Assembly (NCBI RefSeq): GCF_028435265.1
Contig: NZ_JAGTJK010000012.1
Coordinates: 166,900-230,899, forward strand
Direction: 5' to 3'
DNA from: Polyangium jinanense
GTDB taxonomy: Bacteria; Myxococcota_A; Polyangia; Polyangiales; Polyangiaceae
DNA: 64,000 nucleotides
In this document: positions 29,400-39,903 of the stretch, piece by piece
Layout of the letters: each line of letters begins with the position of its first letter
Numbering within the stretch: the stretch's first letter is position 1
Made by a program: the position numbers and the translations under genes
Notes under the pieces: model-generated
Databases searched by the model: none
Told to the model about the DNA's origin: nothing
Seen by the model: the letters and a program-made list of their open reading frames with translations, nothing else

Positions 29400-30581
29400 T
29401 TACTGGCACTCGCCGAAGTCCATGTAGTCGGGGATGTTGTACGAGAAGCAGGACTTCCCACCGGAGCAGGGGTGTGCGTCGTCGCAATACGCGAGGCAGC
29501 GTTTGTTGTTGTCACCCGCGGAAAACTCGACGCCGCACCGGGCATTCACGCCGCAATCGGCGTCCCACAGGCAGATCTCGCCGACGGGCACGGGGCCGGC
29601 GTGGCCGCACGCGAAGCCGCCGGCGCCGGAGATGTCCACGATTCCGTCGTTCGTGAGGGAGTTGCGGTCGCGACACGTCGAGCCCGCCTCGCAACCATTG
29701 CTGAAGGGTGTACAGGTCGGGATGCAGACACCGGCCAGGGGCGAACCGGTCCAGTAGGCGAGGCACAGCTCGCCCGCGTCGCAATCACTCGCCTTGGCGC
29801 AGTACTCCCGGCAGGCGAAGTTGTTCGGCGCCTTGGCGTCGTCGGTGCAGAGCAGGCCCGGGGCGCAGTTGTCTTCGCCGAAGGCGGTCCGCGTACACGC
29901 AGCGCCCTCCGCGACGGCGCCGCCCACGGCCTCGCACACCGAGAAGTAGGTCTTCTTTTCCCCCGCGGGGTCGACCAGCGTGCATTCGCTGCCGGCGCCG
30001 CAGTTCTGTCCCACGAGGTCGCAGCAGGCGCTCGTGGCGCTGGCCGGGAGGGCCTGCTCGGGGAGCGCCATGGCGCAGGTCGTGCCCGTCGTGGTGACGG
30101 TGCAATTCAGCGCCAGATTGCCGTTCTCGAGCTTGGCGGTGCATTCGTAGGGAGACTTCGTGGAGAGGTGGGAGAGCTCGCCCGAGAAGGTCGCGACATC
30201 CCCGTCCACGGTGCCGGTCATCACGCCCATGTTGGTGGAGACGGTGAGTGTGCAGTCGTTTTGCGCGACGCATGCGCTCTTGAGCAGCCCCCCCATGGGG
30301 CACGGGGCCGGCTCCGTCACGACGTAGGTGCCGTTGAAATTGGCGCAGGCCGGGCCACCGCCGCCCGTACCACCGGAACCACCGGAGCCGCCCGCGCCAC
30401 CGGAACCACCGGAGCCGCCCGCGCCACCGGAACCACCGGAGCCGCCGACGCCGCCGACGCCGCCAGCGCCGCCGGAGCCGCCAGCGCCGCCGCTGCCGCC
30501 GTTGTTGGTCTCCGTGCAGCCAAAGGCCACGAGGGATGTGAGGAGAAGACTGGCGAGAAGAACGCGATTGCGAGATTGCAT
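29400..30581 (-). CDS. Cys-rich secreted lipoprotein with Gly/Ser linker, hypothetical
   Basis: ATG at 30581: MQSRNRVLLASLLLTSLVAFGC lipobox, (GGSGGAGG)n linker, more than 40 Cys. Confidence 0.65.
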   Translation of the reverse strand: MQSRNRVLLASLLLTSLVAFGCTETNNGGSGGAGGSGGAGGVGGVGGSGGSGGAGGSGGSGGAGGSGGSGGTGGGGPACANFNGTYVVTEPAPCPMGGLLKSACVAQNDCTLTVSTNMGVMTGTVDGDVATFSGELSHLSTKSPYECTAKLENGNLALNCTVTTTGTTCAMALPEQALPASATSACCDLVGQNCGAGSECTLVDPAGEKKTYFSVCEAVGGAVAEGAACTRTAFGEDNCAPGLLCTDDAKAPNNFACREYCAKASDCDAGELCLAYWTGSPLAGVCIPTCTPFSNGCEAGSTCRDRNSLTNDGIVDISGAGGFACGHAGPVPVGEICLWDADCGVNARCGVEFSAGDNNKRCLAYCDDAHPCSGGKSCFSYNIPDYMDFGECQ

Positions 30582-30883
30582 GTTGTCGATGAGCTCCGAG
30601 GTTTGCCCCGCCGTCGGCACCTAGGGCCGACCCTGGGGCGTCGTGCGGCGTGCCCTTGGCAAGCTCCGCACCACCGCGGAATCACAGCAACTTTTCGTCG
30701 GGAGCCATCGCGGAAACGTAAGGATCGGGCGGCTCGGCAGGGGAACGGGGGCGTCCCCGGAATCTCCAATGCTTGCGCCAACCTGCGCCGGAGGATGTGC
30801 CGGACGGACAGGCCCGTCGTGGCATGTGTCGAGCCCACCCCAGCCGCCCGCCGAAGCAGGTCATGCCGGCCAGCGTTCCCCGA

Positions 30884-31339
30884 TTAGAACCGACCCAACA
30901 CCACGATTCCCCGCTGCTCCCCGCTCAGGAGGGGTGCAATGGAGACCTGCGGCTGCGTCGGGCTCGAATGCGGCTCGGGATTGATCCACGCGAGCACCAA
31001 TCCAAGAAAGACCCCCGCCGCGCCCACGCCGAGCGCCGTGGTCGCGATCCGCCCGTCGACCGTCGCCTTGTCGCGGAGCGCATATCCCTCCGCGTCGCAC
31101 TTGTCCGGATCCGACGTGAGGCAATGCTGCTTCGTCGCCGCATTCGCCTCGTCCGAGCGCGCCGCATACACCGCGCCCGCCACGATCCCACCGATGCCCG
31201 CACCCACGACGAACGACGCCGCAATGCGGGGACCGGTCCAGAACGGCGTCGGCGGGGGTTCCGGCGGCGCTGCCGGGGGTTCGGCCCAGGCGATCGCGGG
31301 GAGCAGGAGCGTGACCAGGAAAAAGGGCAGGGACCGCAT
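30884..31339 (-). CDS. small secreted/membrane protein made up only of the TM-Cx7C-TM module
   Basis: ATG at 31339, 1 nt downstream of the STAND NTPase stop; signal peptide MRSLPFFLVTLLLPAIAWA; two hydrophobic helices flanking HCLTSDPDKCDAEG; C-terminal GIVVLGRF. Confidence 0.55.
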   Translation of the reverse strand: MRSLPFFLVTLLLPAIAWAEPPAAPPEPPPTPFWTGPRIAASFVVGAGIGGIVAGAVYAARSDEANAATKQHCLTSDPDKCDAEGYALRDKATVDGRIATTALGVGAAGVFLGLVLAWINPEPHSSPTQPQVSIAPLLSGEQRGIVVLGRF

Positions 31340-31340
31340 G

Positions 31341-34300
31341 TCAGAGATCGAAGAGCTCGTCGTCCTGGCCCGCGTCTTCCTCGGCGAGGAGGGCCTCCGC
31401 GTGCTTGGCGACCGATTCGAAGAATTTTTGCTCGGGGGATTTCGGGGGCAATCGAGCAGCGGCTTCCCGGGCCTGCGAGCGGAGGAGCGTTTCGCTGCGC
31501 TCTGCCCGGGCGCCCGAGCGCGGTCGCGCCTGGCCCGTGACGACCGAGAAGAGCGCGCTCCGGACCCGCTCGAAGCAGCCCTCGCCGGTCGTGTGCGCGC
31601 GCCGGAGGAGCGTCGCGACGAGCTCGAGGTGCGCGAAGAGGAAGGTGGGCGGCGCCTCTTCGAGGAGCGCGGAGATCGCTTCGAGCTCGCTCTCGCCGCC
31701 GTCCTGCACCCACTCGGAGAGGACCTCGACCGTCGGTAACGCAAACGAGCGCGAGGCGTCGTGGAAGAGGCGCGCGGCATGGAAGCGGACCCAGCCAATG
31801 CGGGCCCGCGCGAGGTGGCGGACACGGCGCAGGAGCGGGAGCCACTCCGGCGAGCGCGCGAGGCCCGTGAGGATCGCAGACAAGCCCTCGGGCGGGAGCG
31901 GCTCGTACTCCTCGGCGCCCGCGACGATGCCGGACGCGGCGCGCGCGATGCGCTCGATGAAGAGGCCCGTGACGTCCTCGGGCATGCGCTTGCCGGCGTG
32001 GTGGAGGAAGCGCATCGTGGAGTGGCCGTCGAGGCTGCGGGCCGCGCCGAGGCGCGTGAGGAAGAGGATGATCTCCTCCTCGGAGAGCGCGCCTTCGGAG
32101 AAGAGGCCGCCCGCGTCGAGGGCGCCGAAGAGGGCCTCGGCGACCTCGGGGCCCTCGGAGAGGTCCACGCCGACCGCGAGCTCGACCGCGTCGCGTGGAG
32201 AGGACTTGGCCAGCGTGCGGAGCGCGCCGAGCGCCGCGCGTCGGACGAAGCCGTCGCGGTGCCCGAGGAGGTGCCGGAGCGCTTCGCGATCGCCCGGCAG
32301 GGGCTTTTCGACCCAGCGATGGAAGACCTGCGCGAGCGAGGCGCAAAGCGTGGCGTTGCCGCCCCCGACGATGCTGCCGACGAGGGCCTCGGCGCGCTCG
32401 GGCGAGGCTTCGCGGAGCGCGTGGAGCAAGGAGGCGACGTGCGGGCCGAGTGGGCTCTCGGGCGCGCCCATGACGGCCTCGCAAATGGTCACCGCCGCCG
32501 CCGGGTGCTTGCGGGAGAGGACGTGCAGGAGGAGCCGCGGCGAGCCGGATTTGCCCGCGAGCGCGAGGGCTTCGAGCGCCGCGCCGAGCCCCTCGGCCGT
32601 CTGCGCAGGCGCGCGGCCCTCGGCGAGCATCTCGTCGACGACGGCGCGACAGGCGTCCGCCGAGCGGCGCTCCGTGCCACGATCGATCTCGCCCGAGCCC
32701 GGGATCTCGCTCGGCGGCATGTCGATCAAGCCGCGCTGCGCGGGTGAGCGTTGCGTGAGGGCCTCGTAGAGCCTGCGCTCCGTCGAGGTCGGGACGTTGC
32801 CGAGGGCCGTCTCGGCCGCGGCGCGGACGTCCGGAGAGCTCGCACGCCGGGCCGCGCGGCGAAGCGCGTCGGCGACGGCGAAATGGACGAGCGGGTCGCC
32901 GGAGTTCGACGCGGCGGCGCCGAGCATCGCGAGGATCTCGAGCCGCTCCTCGTCGCGCCACCCAGGCTCCATCCGCTCGCCGAGCGAAGAACCACCGGAG
33001 CCGTCGGAGAGGACACGCTCGAGGCCGTTGACCCCCGAGAGAGCCGCGCGTCGTTTCGGCGATTGCGCGCAGCCGGAGAGCGCGGCGAGGGCTTGCTTCC
33101 GCAGGGCGCGGCGGCGCTCGTCGGAGGGGCCGGCGAAGGCGGCGCCCTCGGAGAGGAAGGTGTCGATCACGTCGAGCGGTGAGTGCTTGTGATCGTGCGC
33201 GTCGTCCGCGACGAGCCATCGATCGACGGCGTCGAGCAAGGACTCGTGGACGCCGGCAGGGCGCGCCGACGAGCGCGAGGCGAGCTCGCGGAGGACACGC
33301 ATGGGGTGATCGGGGTGCGGGCTCTGGAGACGGAGATCGTCGCGGCCGAGCTCCCAGAGGAGGTCGGCGGCGCGGGGCAAGTGCGCGAGGTGCAGGCCCA
33401 CGCGGCGCAGGATCGCGGGGAGCTCGTAGAGGACGGACACGGCGGAGAAGAGGGCGCTGGGGCCCCGCGCGGCCTCGGTCTGCGCAGGAGAACGGAGGAC
33501 CGCCGCGGCGAGGTCGAGCATCGCGGCGGGATGATCCGAGGAGAGCTCACGCAGGCCGGCGAGGAGGCGGCATCGATCCGCCGCCGAGGCCGCGTCGATG
33601 CCCGCGCGGACGTGGCGGAAGAGGGCGGTCGTGATCTCGTCGGAAGCGCCGCTCGGGAGGGAGGGGCCGTCGAGCTCGCCGGCGTTGCGGATGAGCGGGA
33701 CGATGGCGTGGGCGCCGAAGCGCTCTTCCAGCGCGCGCACGCGATCGTCGAGCGAGCCCGCGAGGCTGCCCGCGGTCAAGGGGCCGACGAGCGCGCGGTA
33801 GAGCGCGTGATCCGAGAGCGCGCCGGGGACGACACGCGCGCCGTGTGGGCCCCGATCGACGACGCCCGCGGCTTCGAGCGCGCGGAGCGCCGACACGAGA
33901 TCACGACGGCGACACCCGAGCAGATCCCCCGCGCCCTGAAGGAAGCGCTCGTCCGAGGTGCGCACCGGCGCGAGGAGCGCGACGAGCGCGAGCACGCCGG
34001 CGAGGAGTTTTGGATCCCCCGCGGCGGAGGAGCGGAGCAGGAGCAGCTCGTGGCCCCGATCGAGCGCGCATGCCGCGAGCTCGCCCTTGCCGAGCAAGAC
34101 GGGATGAATGGCCTCTTCCCGCACGAGCCGGCCGGCCAGCGCGATCACGAAGGGATGCCCCTCGGCGTGCTTGGCGAGGGCGGCAGCGAACTCGCCGGGC
34201 GCATCGCCGAGCACATGCTGCGCGGCCGCTTCCGCCTCGCTCGGCGAGAGCGCGCCGAGCTCGGGCAGGATGCGCACCAGGTCCGACGAGAGCCCGACCT

Positions 34301-34787
34301 GCGCGAGGAGCGCCGAGAGGCGCGGCAGGCCCGCGGGGCGCGTCGTCAGCACGAAGCGCACGTCGCGGCGATCGATCGCCATGGGCAGGAGCATCGCGGG
34401 CGCGGCTTTGCGGCCCGCGTCGTCGATCACGATCAGGCACGGGCCGGGCGGCAGGCGTGTCGGGGTCGGCGCGCTGGTGATGTCGGTCGCGAAGCGCAGC
34501 ATGGTGCCGACCCGCTGCGCGGCGAGGGCGTCGGCGAGCGCGGAGAGCAGGCTCGTCTTGCCGGAGCCGGAGCGCCCGGGGAGCACGGCGACGCGCGCCG
34601 GGCCGCGTGCGCTTGCGAAGTCGACGAGGGCCGCGAGGATTTCGGCGCGCCCGCCGAAGGGCAGCGCTTCCTGGAAGGGGCGGCCTGCGGCGAGCGCGCC
34701 GCCTTCGAACTCGCTCGGGCCAAAGAGCGCCACACCGTGCTCGATGTGGGCGTCCGGAGGAGTGGGGAAGCCGAGGGTCGTCTCCAT
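31341..34787 (-). CDS. STAND-type P-loop NTPase with a large alpha-helical repeat C-terminal domain (1149 aa)
   Basis: ATG at 34787; FGGRAEILAALVDF, then Walker A LPGRSGSGKTSLLSALA and Walker B PCLIVIDDAG; more than 800 aa of Ala/Leu-rich helical repeats; upstream 76 aa of the ORF is Arg-rich. Confidence 0.75.
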   Translation of the reverse strand: METTLGFPTPPDAHIEHGVALFGPSEFEGGALAAGRPFQEALPFGGRAEILAALVDFASARGPARVAVLPGRSGSGKTSLLSALADALAAQRVGTMLRFATDITSAPTPTRLPPGPCLIVIDDAGRKAAPAMLLPMAIDRRDVRFVLTTRPAGLPRLSALLAQVGLSSDLVRILPELGALSPSEAEAAAQHVLGDAPGEFAAALAKHAEGHPFVIALAGRLVREEAIHPVLLGKGELAACALDRGHELLLLRSSAAGDPKLLAGVLALVALLAPVRTSDERFLQGAGDLLGCRRRDLVSALRALEAAGVVDRGPHGARVVPGALSDHALYRALVGPLTAGSLAGSLDDRVRALEERFGAHAIVPLIRNAGELDGPSLPSGASDEITTALFRHVRAGIDAASAADRCRLLAGLRELSSDHPAAMLDLAAAVLRSPAQTEAARGPSALFSAVSVLYELPAILRRVGLHLAHLPRAADLLWELGRDDLRLQSPHPDHPMRVLRELASRSSARPAGVHESLLDAVDRWLVADDAHDHKHSPLDVIDTFLSEGAAFAGPSDERRRALRKQALAALSGCAQSPKRRAALSGVNGLERVLSDGSGGSSLGERMEPGWRDEERLEILAMLGAAASNSGDPLVHFAVADALRRAARRASSPDVRAAAETALGNVPTSTERRLYEALTQRSPAQRGLIDMPPSEIPGSGEIDRGTERRSADACRAVVDEMLAEGRAPAQTAEGLGAALEALALAGKSGSPRLLLHVLSRKHPAAAVTICEAVMGAPESPLGPHVASLLHALREASPERAEALVGSIVGGGNATLCASLAQVFHRWVEKPLPGDREALRHLLGHRDGFVRRAALGALRTLAKSSPRDAVELAVGVDLSEGPEVAEALFGALDAGGLFSEGALSEEEIILFLTRLGAARSLDGHSTMRFLHHAGKRMPEDVTGLFIERIARAASGIVAGAEEYEPLPPEGLSAILTGLARSPEWLPLLRRVRHLARARIGWVRFHAARLFHDASRSFALPTVEVLSEWVQDGGESELEAISALLEEAPPTFLFAHLELVATLLRRAHTTGEGCFERVRSALFSVVTGQARPRSGARAERSETLLRSQAREAAARLPPKSPEQKFFESVAKHAEALLAEEDAGQDDELFDL

Positions 34788-35040
34788 GGAGTATCGAGCG
34801 CGCCGCGGGGCGAGCGCGCAAAGCCTACCACGGGGGGCGCCTCGCCCGGCGAGGGTTTGGAGGCGATTCAGCTCCCGAGACAAAACTCTCGGGGGGAGAG
34901 GGGGGGCCTCACCCCCGCGACCGTTCCCCGCTGGGCCGTGAGCCGGACAGACAACATCCGCGCTCTTTGTCTTTTGTCTTGCCCGACCCGTTCGTCCTCC
35001 TGATAGATGGGCCACAGCTCATCGCAGGAGGGGTTTCCAG

Positions 35041-36486
35041 ATGAGGCGAGGGGATTACCTCGTCGCGGCGCTCGTCGTCGCGGCGCCGGGCGTCGTGTTG
35101 CCTGGGTGTTTGGGGTCGTTCGGGGAGGACGAAGGGCACGGCCGTATTTGCGCATCGCCTGTGGCAGGCGGCGAGTATTGCGTCTCGTCGAGCGAGGGGC
35201 CCGCGAGCGCGTGGAACCAAGCGGCGGCGCATGGATCTCGGCCCATCCAGATGTGGGCCGAGCGGCCAGAGGGGATGACCCTCGACACGCTGGTGACGAG
35301 CCCGCGCGATATGAATCGGTGGCTCGGGGATATCGATCAGGCCCTCGGGTATGTGCGCGACGAGGAGCGGTGCGCGGAGTCCTACAAAGCAAGCATGGCG
35401 CCGGGGCCGCTGAGGAACGCGCTCGGGTCGGCGCGAATCCGGCAAAATGAAATCCTCGCGGAAGAGCCGATTGACGCTGTGGGGGGGTTCAAGGAGGCCC
35501 TCGCGTCAAAGGGCGCAGCCGAGAAGGACCCGCTCGTCGCGGAGATCGCCGCGGATAAGCTTTCGATGGGCGCCGTGCAGGGCGTGCTCGATCAAGTGTC
35601 GCTCGATGTCGGGCCGCTGTCGGCGGCCTATGCGGATCTCGCAGCGGACTTCGCGGCATATCGGAAGACGGAGTCCGGGGAGCTTACTACGTACACGAAG
35701 CTCGCGGCGAAGGCGTCGACGGCGACCGTGACCGAGCTCGACGCGATCGAGACGGCGATCCTCGAAGCGGCGCATGACGCGAGCGCGGGGCCGCAGGAAA
35801 TGGCCCTCCGGGCGATGAAGCTCTCTGCGGAAATCACCCAATTCGAGGTCACGTCGCAGGAGGCGCTCGCGCCGCACGCGGATTTCATGGTCACGCATGG
35901 CGCGCAGAGCCCGGACATGACCTCCGGGGCGCAGCGCTCGATCCACGCGATGCTCGGGTATGTCGATCGGCGTATTGCCAGGAGCGACCGGGCGGCGATG
36001 TCGCTCCTGTTCGGGATCACGATGCGGAGGCAAGCGCTGCAATTGCTCGACGAAAGCCAATCCGTGCGGGACACGGTGGCGGAGGTGAAGATCGCGAAGG
36101 CGGAGGCGACCTTCAAAGAGAGCGCGGAGGCGCAGGTGCTCGCGGTCGAGCAGGCGCCGCCCCTGGGCGTGAAGCTATCGCTGCCTTACCTGGCGAAGCG
36201 GTATGACGAGGTCACGGCCTTCTTGCAGATGCGCCCGCTCTGCGAGCTGCCTTCATCATCTTGGCGCGAGGCCGGCTGCGCGGAGATGCGTCCGCATTTC
36301 AAGACGGCGGCGACGTACCGCGCGACGACGTTGCCGGGGCTCATCCAGACCGGGCTCTCGACGATGAAAGCGCAAGGGGTAGGAGGCGCGTTGCTCGATG
36401 CGGCGGCGGCAAAGCTTGCAGCGGGCGATGTGAAGGGGGCTGCCGTTTTGCATGATGCCGCTTTGCACGGCGCGGAGGGGGCATGA
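35041..36486 (+). CDS. alpha-helical lipoprotein, hypothetical; first gene of a three-gene coupled cassette
   Basis: LVVAAPGVVLPGCLGS lipobox; ATGA overlap with the downstream gene. Confidence 0.6.
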   Translation: MRRGDYLVAALVVAAPGVVLPGCLGSFGEDEGHGRICASPVAGGEYCVSSSEGPASAWNQAAAHGSRPIQMWAERPEGMTLDTLVTSPRDMNRWLGDIDQALGYVRDEERCAESYKASMAPGPLRNALGSARIRQNEILAEEPIDAVGGFKEALASKGAAEKDPLVAEIAADKLSMGAVQGVLDQVSLDVGPLSAAYADLAADFAAYRKTESGELTTYTKLAAKASTATVTELDAIETAILEAAHDASAGPQEMALRAMKLSAEITQFEVTSQEALAPHADFMVTHGAQSPDMTSGAQRSIHAMLGYVDRRIARSDRAAMSLLFGITMRRQALQLLDESQSVRDTVAEVKIAKAEATFKESAEAQVLAVEQAPPLGVKLSLPYLAKRYDEVTAFLQMRPLCELPSSSWREAGCAEMRPHFKTAATYRATTLPGLIQTGLSTMKAQGVGGALLDAAAAKLAAGDVKGAAVLHDAALHGAEGA

Positions 36487-38660
36487 ACCGTTTGCTTGTT
36501 TTCTGGATGGTCGTGCTCGTGCTGATCACGCCTGCGCATGCGCGGGCAGGCACGCCGTACAGCGTTCACTGGGAGATGCTCCAGGAGAGCAACTCTTGCG
36601 AGGATGCTCGGCTCAACGTCCCCGGCGGTGCCTATTTCCACGCGAACCGGATGCCGCTCGCGACCTTCGAGGTTCCGGGGGCCTACGTTTCGATTCCGAA
36701 CGGCCCGAAGAGCAACGTGGCGGAGGCCCCGTTCGACTCCGTGCTCCTCCGCATGGGCACGAACGAATTCACCTTCGGCACCCAGAACGCCATGGGCAAC
36801 GATACCTGCGTTCACCAGCAGAACTTCGTGACCCTCGTCTCAATCCCGCTCGGGATCCAAAAGCCGCTGTTCAACATCCGGCGTGACGGGACGGCCTTCA
36901 GCGGCAGTACGCAGGTCGGTCTCTCGCTTTCGGAGATCAATCCGCCCCTCGCGCGAGACATCGCGAACCTGGAGGTCGAGATCGCGGCGGAGCGGAAATG
37001 GCTCATCGAGCACGCATCCGAGGCCGCGAACCTCGCGGAGCGGCTCGACCTACTCCAGCAGCTCGATACGGAGCTGCACGATCTCGTGTCGCGACCGCTC
37101 GACGAGATCAGCGAGGTGGATCTCGACGCGATTCTGGAGCGGTATGGAGACGTGGTCGACGAGGCTACGCGGGCCGCGCTGGAGCAGCTTCTCGCCGATC
37201 TGAAGAAGAGCGTCCAGGATTTGAAGGACGAGCTCGCGAGCCTGCTCGAGCATTTCGGCGCGCAGGCGGACGCGGTGGCGGATCTCGTGACGGGCGAGGC
37301 GCGGGCGGGCGGGTTTTCGCCGGACGATCCGTTCGAGTATTCGCTGACGTCGTCGGAGGTGCCGTGGGTCGAGGTGCCCGACGTCTCGGGGTCGGCGGGG
37401 GCGTTCGAGCCGGGGAAGGATCCTTATGCGGCGTATGCGGACGCGGTGATCGAGGCGCTGTCGCAGGACGTGCAGGGCGGCAAGGTGATCCTGCGCGGGG
37501 ACTTCGTGACGAACGTCCGGGCGTGGCGGTCGAATACGGCGGCGATCGAGAAGGCGTTGGCCGCGCGGGTGAGTGTTTCCCAGGCGGAGACGAGCGCGTT
37601 CTTGCAGGCGCAGATCCGCGTCACGGATTTCGTGCGGCAGTACATGGATGCGTCGGATTGGTTTCTGGATTCGCCGATCCCCGCGGATGTCCGGGCGCAG
37701 GTGGATGGCGTCTTGAAGAATGCTTTCGCCGACATGGCGGAGCAGATGAAGGAGAGCCTCAATGTGTGGGAGGCGATCGTGCTCGGGCCGGAGCAGGGTT
37801 CCTTCATCGAGACGGTGCGGGCATTCGCGGGGGCGATGTCGTTCGTCGAGGAAGGGGCGGCGGCGTATGCGGAGGTGATGCAGACGCTGGTGCATGCATC
37901 GTCGCGGATTGCGATTGGGTTCGTGCCGCATGCGGGGCCGGCGCTCGACCTCTGCGAGGCGGTGACGGGCAAGTTGTTCTGTTTGCCCGGGGGGAAGGAT
38001 CTGTCCACGGAGGAGCGGATCTTCTCGGGGGTGGGGTTCGGGTTCGGGCAGATCACGAAGGCTTGGGCGGGGATCAAGGCGGCCGGGGTCAAGCCGGGGG
38101 CGAAGATTGTCGCGGCTGGCGTGCTGAACCTCGGGGAGGAGTTTGCCCAGGCGCTCCGGGCGAGTAAGATCAACGAGTACAAGAACCTCGCGACGCGGGG
38201 TTCCGTGTCGACCGGTCTGATCAACGACTTTGAGAAGAAGGCCGGTCTCTACTTGATGAAGGACAAGGGACACCAGATGCTAGGCGTGGGGGACGATGGG
38301 GTGCGAGACGTACTGAAGATCCCGAAGAACTCCAAGCCTTATAGCAAAGACGGGCTGGCCCCAGACTTCGTGTCGGTGACCAAAGAAAAAAGGCTGGTGT
38401 TGAGCGAGGCTAAAGGGGTCGTATCCGTGGACGGTGCGGTGGACGCGAAACACGCCGTTGATCAGTTGGAGAACGCCATGAAGAAGGTGTCGGAGTACAA
38501 CTTGGCTCACGACGTGGAACGGGTCCAGATCATCAAGCCATCAGGCGCGAAGCTCAAGGATAACTTCAGTGTGAAGGATGGCTACTTGCGGAATGGTGAC
38601 GGGCAGACCGTCACCATGCCCGGCAGGCCGAACCTCTTCGTTCGAGTGGTGGAGATATGA
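36483..38660 (+). CDS. secreted polymorphic-toxin-like protein with a C-terminal PD-(D/E)xK-like (restriction-endonuclease-fold) tip
   Basis: type I signal peptide MNRLLVFWMVVLVLITPAHA; long helical middle; C-terminal GLAPDFVSVTKEKRLVLSEAKG has PD ... ExK spacing typical of REase-fold nucleases; last roughly 400 bp visibly lower GC. Confidence 0.45.
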   Translation: MNRLLVFWMVVLVLITPAHARAGTPYSVHWEMLQESNSCEDARLNVPGGAYFHANRMPLATFEVPGAYVSIPNGPKSNVAEAPFDSVLLRMGTNEFTFGTQNAMGNDTCVHQQNFVTLVSIPLGIQKPLFNIRRDGTAFSGSTQVGLSLSEINPPLARDIANLEVEIAAERKWLIEHASEAANLAERLDLLQQLDTELHDLVSRPLDEISEVDLDAILERYGDVVDEATRAALEQLLADLKKSVQDLKDELASLLEHFGAQADAVADLVTGEARAGGFSPDDPFEYSLTSSEVPWVEVPDVSGSAGAFEPGKDPYAAYADAVIEALSQDVQGGKVILRGDFVTNVRAWRSNTAAIEKALAARVSVSQAETSAFLQAQIRVTDFVRQYMDASDWFLDSPIPADVRAQVDGVLKNAFADMAEQMKESLNVWEAIVLGPEQGSFIETVRAFAGAMSFVEEGAAAYAEVMQTLVHASSRIAIGFVPHAGPALDLCEAVTGKLFCLPGGKDLSTEERIFSGVGFGFGQITKAWAGIKAAGVKPGAKIVAAGVLNLGEEFAQALRASKINEYKNLATRGSVSTGLINDFEKKAGLYLMKDKGHQMLGVGDDGVRDVLKIPKNSKPYSKDGLAPDFVSVTKEKRLVLSEAKGVVSVDGAVDAKHAVDQLENAMKKVSEYNLAHDVERVQIIKPSGAKLKDNFSVKDGYLRNGDGQTVTMPGRPNLFVRVVEI

Positions 38661-39808
38661 GCGAGGTGGCGTTTCACGCATGGTGCGAGGAGTCTGCCAA
38701 GGTGGACGCCTTCATTGCGGCAGTCCTTGCGCTCATGGGGGCGGATGCGTATTGCCGCCCGGAGCCACCGACGCCAGGTCGTCCCCGCTGGACCGGCTGG
38801 GATGATGTCCCTGTAGCGGAGGTCGTGGAGATCCTTCGGGAGAAGTTCACTCGAAAATCGGCAGCGTTGCTGTGGGGTACGGGGCGCGGCGCGTCGGGCG
38901 AGCAGTTTTGGCTGCGCATGCAGTGTCACGGGGTTGACTACAACGTCGGGAGGTGGAAACCCGAGGTGCTCCTGGGTGGAGACTGGCAAGATTTCCCATC
39001 CCCCGAAGAGATGCGTTGCTTCGAGTTCGTCCTCCCAGACGGGGAGCGTTCGCCGGCTGCCGAGGCCGCGTACGTCGCCATGTACCATCAACGGATGTGC
39101 GAACACGCCCTCCTCTGCGTGTGCTCGCCGGACGAGAGCAAACGCGTGACAACCGGGGGCATCTCCTCCGGACGCTGGTATGCCCCCCTGGAGATCGCTG
39201 GGACGTACCACCTCGATGGTAACGTTGCCCGTGATCTCGTGCTTTCGTGGATGTACATCCATGAAGGTGAACGAATCGAGTACATCGCGGGGCTCCCCAT
39301 GGATGCGCTCGCGGCGCGCATCGAGGCGACGCCTAAGGGGACGCGCATCGGCATCGCGACCAACGCCAAGCATCGGGGCGAGCATATCGTCCTAGACATG
39401 GAAGCGACGAACACGAAGCTCGGTTGGCCCCTGCATCCGGGGGCAGTTCGTCGCGGGGCGCGGAAGAGGCTGCCGACGGACGTTGAGCTGAGCCGCGAAG
39501 AGGTCCTCGCGGCGCTCCAGCTGCCGCCGGTCGTGCTCCTGGAAGCGCTGGAGGCTTCAGCGGTCCCCGATCAGGACTGGCGCGACGCGGAAGCCATTGC
39601 GCGCGCGATGACCGAAGCCAAAGAAAAAGGCGGGGCTACGAGCGAGATTTATTGGCCCGACGGGACGCACGTGCAGTTCCTCAAGCACCATGCGCCTTAT
39701 CACGTCCGCAGGCTGCCGAATGGGGGCGTCCTCCTCGCGACCCACCCTTACCGCACGCTCTGGCAACTCTGGGCAGATGCGCTGAATCTGCTGGGGATCC
39801 GGAGGTAG
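38657..39808 (+). CDS. cytoplasmic protein, candidate cognate immunity protein
   Basis: ATGA overlap with the upstream stop; no signal peptide; position immediately 3' of the toxin-like tip. Confidence 0.4.
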   Translation: MSEVAFHAWCEESAKVDAFIAAVLALMGADAYCRPEPPTPGRPRWTGWDDVPVAEVVEILREKFTRKSAALLWGTGRGASGEQFWLRMQCHGVDYNVGRWKPEVLLGGDWQDFPSPEEMRCFEFVLPDGERSPAAEAAYVAMYHQRMCEHALLCVCSPDESKRVTTGGISSGRWYAPLEIAGTYHLDGNVARDLVLSWMYIHEGERIEYIAGLPMDALAARIEATPKGTRIGIATNAKHRGEHIVLDMEATNTKLGWPLHPGAVRRGARKRLPTDVELSREEVLAALQLPPVVLLEALEASAVPDQDWRDAEAIARAMTEAKEKGGATSEIYWPDGTHVQFLKHHAPYHVRRLPNGGVLLATHPYRTLWQLWADALNLLGIRR

Positions 39809-39903
39809 AGGAACAGAGCCGCAGGATCGGTTGGAAGAATCACACAGCAGAGCACGAAAGGCCCGTCCACCCCTCGCCCTCGTCCTCACCCATGACCCCA
39901 AGG

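Noticed and set aside
36483-38660. Calling 36483..38660 a SitA orthologue outright
   Set aside because: SitA toxins are lipoproteins with a +1 Cys, but this protein has a type I signal peptide (AHA-RAG) and the lipobox is on the upstream gene; kept only as an analogy.
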